From: Clostridiales bacterium
GTDB lineage: Bacteria; Bacillota; Clostridia; Lachnospirales; Lachnospiraceae
Direction of reading: 5' to 3'
Length of the DNA: 64,000 nucleotides
Assembly: GCA_019416265.1 (NCBI GenBank)
Contig: DXXQ01000120.1
Location: 7,141-71,140, forward strand
In this document: positions 62,851-64,000 of the stretch, in pieces
How positions within the stretch are numbered: the stretch's first letter is position 1
Layout of the letters: each line of letters begins with the position of its first letter
Notes under the pieces: generated by a model
Seen by the model: the letters and a program-made list of their open reading frames with translations, nothing else
Databases searched by the model: none
What the model was told of the DNA's origin: nothing
Program-made: the position numbers and the translations under genes

Positions 62851-64000
62851 CTATTTCTGTCTCTGTTCGGCTTTATCTGCCATATCTCTCAAAAGGTCGC
62901 AATACCAAAAGACCACATCGCCGATCCGTCGAAGCTCAGATTCTCTGCTTACCTTTTCCCACAGCATCCGGTAATGGCAGAACCATTTTTCAAGCCTGCA
63001 GGCAAGCTCGGAAAGCTCCTGTGCCTCATACTCTTTTCCTGATACAGCCAGACCGGTTTTATTGAAAATACGGACTGCCTCCGCTCCGAGATATACAGGA
63101 AGCAGTTCTTCCCTGCAATCCGGATCAAGGAATCTGCCGCACTGTCCCAGTTCTTCCAGCAGAGCCTCTATTTCTCTGTCGTTTCCGGCAGCCTCCGCCT
63201 TCTGTTCTTCTGTTTTGCGGCACGCTTCCTGGTCTCCCCGTTCCTTCCGCATTACCATCGTCCACCAGTCATAGACGGTCTTTCGGGCAATCTCTGCTGT
63301 GATTCCCGTAAATCTTTCCGAAGTATCCCCGTACTGGATCAGGGAGATTTCTTTATTGATCTCCTCATAGGGGATCTCTTCTTTATTCCAGGAAAAAGCA
63401 GCTCCGTAAATGAGCCCCGGAATACTAAGGGACGGATGGTTAATGTGTCCGTAATCGCCCCAGTCTGTATTGAGCACACCTGCCGCCTTATATTTCACCC
63501 CGTAGGAGCACATTCTGGAAATGTTCTGGCAAGCATAATCCAGACGGTTGATATACTGATTCCAGCCGCTGACTCCCGGACATACATACTGAATTGCTCC
63601 GGTCTGAGCGATCTTTCTTGTACTGTCCTCGCTCTGATTCCATGCATAGCCCCAGTTAAGACAAATAGTCCCTTTGGGAAGCTCCCCGATCATCTCCGGG
63701 AAACCACAGATAATATCTCCCCAGAACATTGGCGTTTTCCCCTGGGAAACCACGAACTCACAGAGTTTTTTCACGAAATCCATATACAGCCTGTCAACGC
63801 CCTTTTCCTCAGCCTCCTGTCTGCAGGCTCCTTTACCCAGGTCAAAGGTTTCATCTGCACAGATGTTAAAATAGTCAGACCGGAACAGGGACATATATTC
63901 CAGGATCATTTTTTTAATCAGCTCAAAACTCTCATCCAGCGTCGGATTGATGGTATGATGCTCAAGACGGGAAATCAGTCCGAAGGGCTCGTCTGCCGTC
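62851..64000 (-). CDS. GH20 beta-N-acetylhexosaminidase-like protein, 3' part only
   Basis: Frame stays open from the window edge (TADEPFGLISRLEHHTINP...); FNICADET acid pair, MFWGD, NWGY, TDWGDYGH. Confidence 0.8.
   Translation of the reverse strand, partial: TADEPFGLISRLEHHTINPTLDESFELIKKMILEYMSLFRSDYFNICADETFDLGKGACRQEAEEKGVDRLYMDFVKKLCEFVVSQGKTPMFWGDIICGFPEMIGELPKGTICLNWGYAWNQSEDSTRKIAQTGAIQYVCPGVSGWNQYINRLDYACQNISRMCSYGVKYKAAGVLNTDWGDYGHINHPSLSIPGLIYGAAFSWNKEEIPYEEINKEISLIQYGDTSERFTGITAEIARKTVYDWWTMVMRKERGDQEACRKTEEQKAEAAGNDREIEALLEELGQCGRFLDPDCREELLPVYLGAEAVRIFNKTGLAVSGKEYEAQELSELACRLEKWFCHYRMLWEKVSRESELRRIGDVVFWYCDLLRDMADKAEQRQK

Noticed and set aside
62835..62870. Short TTTCTGTCTCT tandem repeat
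   Set aside because: Two low-complexity copies at a gene junction; no sign of function.

Overview
64 kb of chromosome from a low-GC Gram-positive anaerobe; ribosomal protein and RNAP sequences look Lachnospiraceae/Blautia-like (my inference). Most genes are on the minus strand. Left to right: the start of a carbohydrate ABC operon with a divergent PrpR-type regulator; a cell-wall-anchored phosphodiester glycosidase; pstSCAB-phoU-phoR with no response regulator; cbiK, a membrane-fused acyltransferase, an esterase and purC; an ECF sigma/anti-sigma pair, a small DUF4318-like gene and a membrane MerR regulator; a 13.7-kb sugar-utilisation island (GH127, two GH31, ABC transporter, two-component system, IS1634 scar) bracketed by an exact 118-bp direct repeat of the merR 5' end; a second ECF pair; rpsL-rpsG-fusA-tuf; a five-gene insert between rpoC and rpsL (amidase and PBP-like hydrolase converging on a Ser/Thr kinase, PP2C phosphatase and uncharacterised two-repeat protein); rpoBC; a secreted beta-helix protein; rplJL with its L10 leader; upp and small genes; an MFS transporter; GH2 and GH20 hydrolases. 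No tRNA, rRNA, CRISPR array or intact mobile element was seen. Best leads: the kinase-phosphatase-effector cassette, the repeat-bounded island, and the MerR/DUF4318-like module. All family assignments come from motif recognition by eye; no database searches were run.
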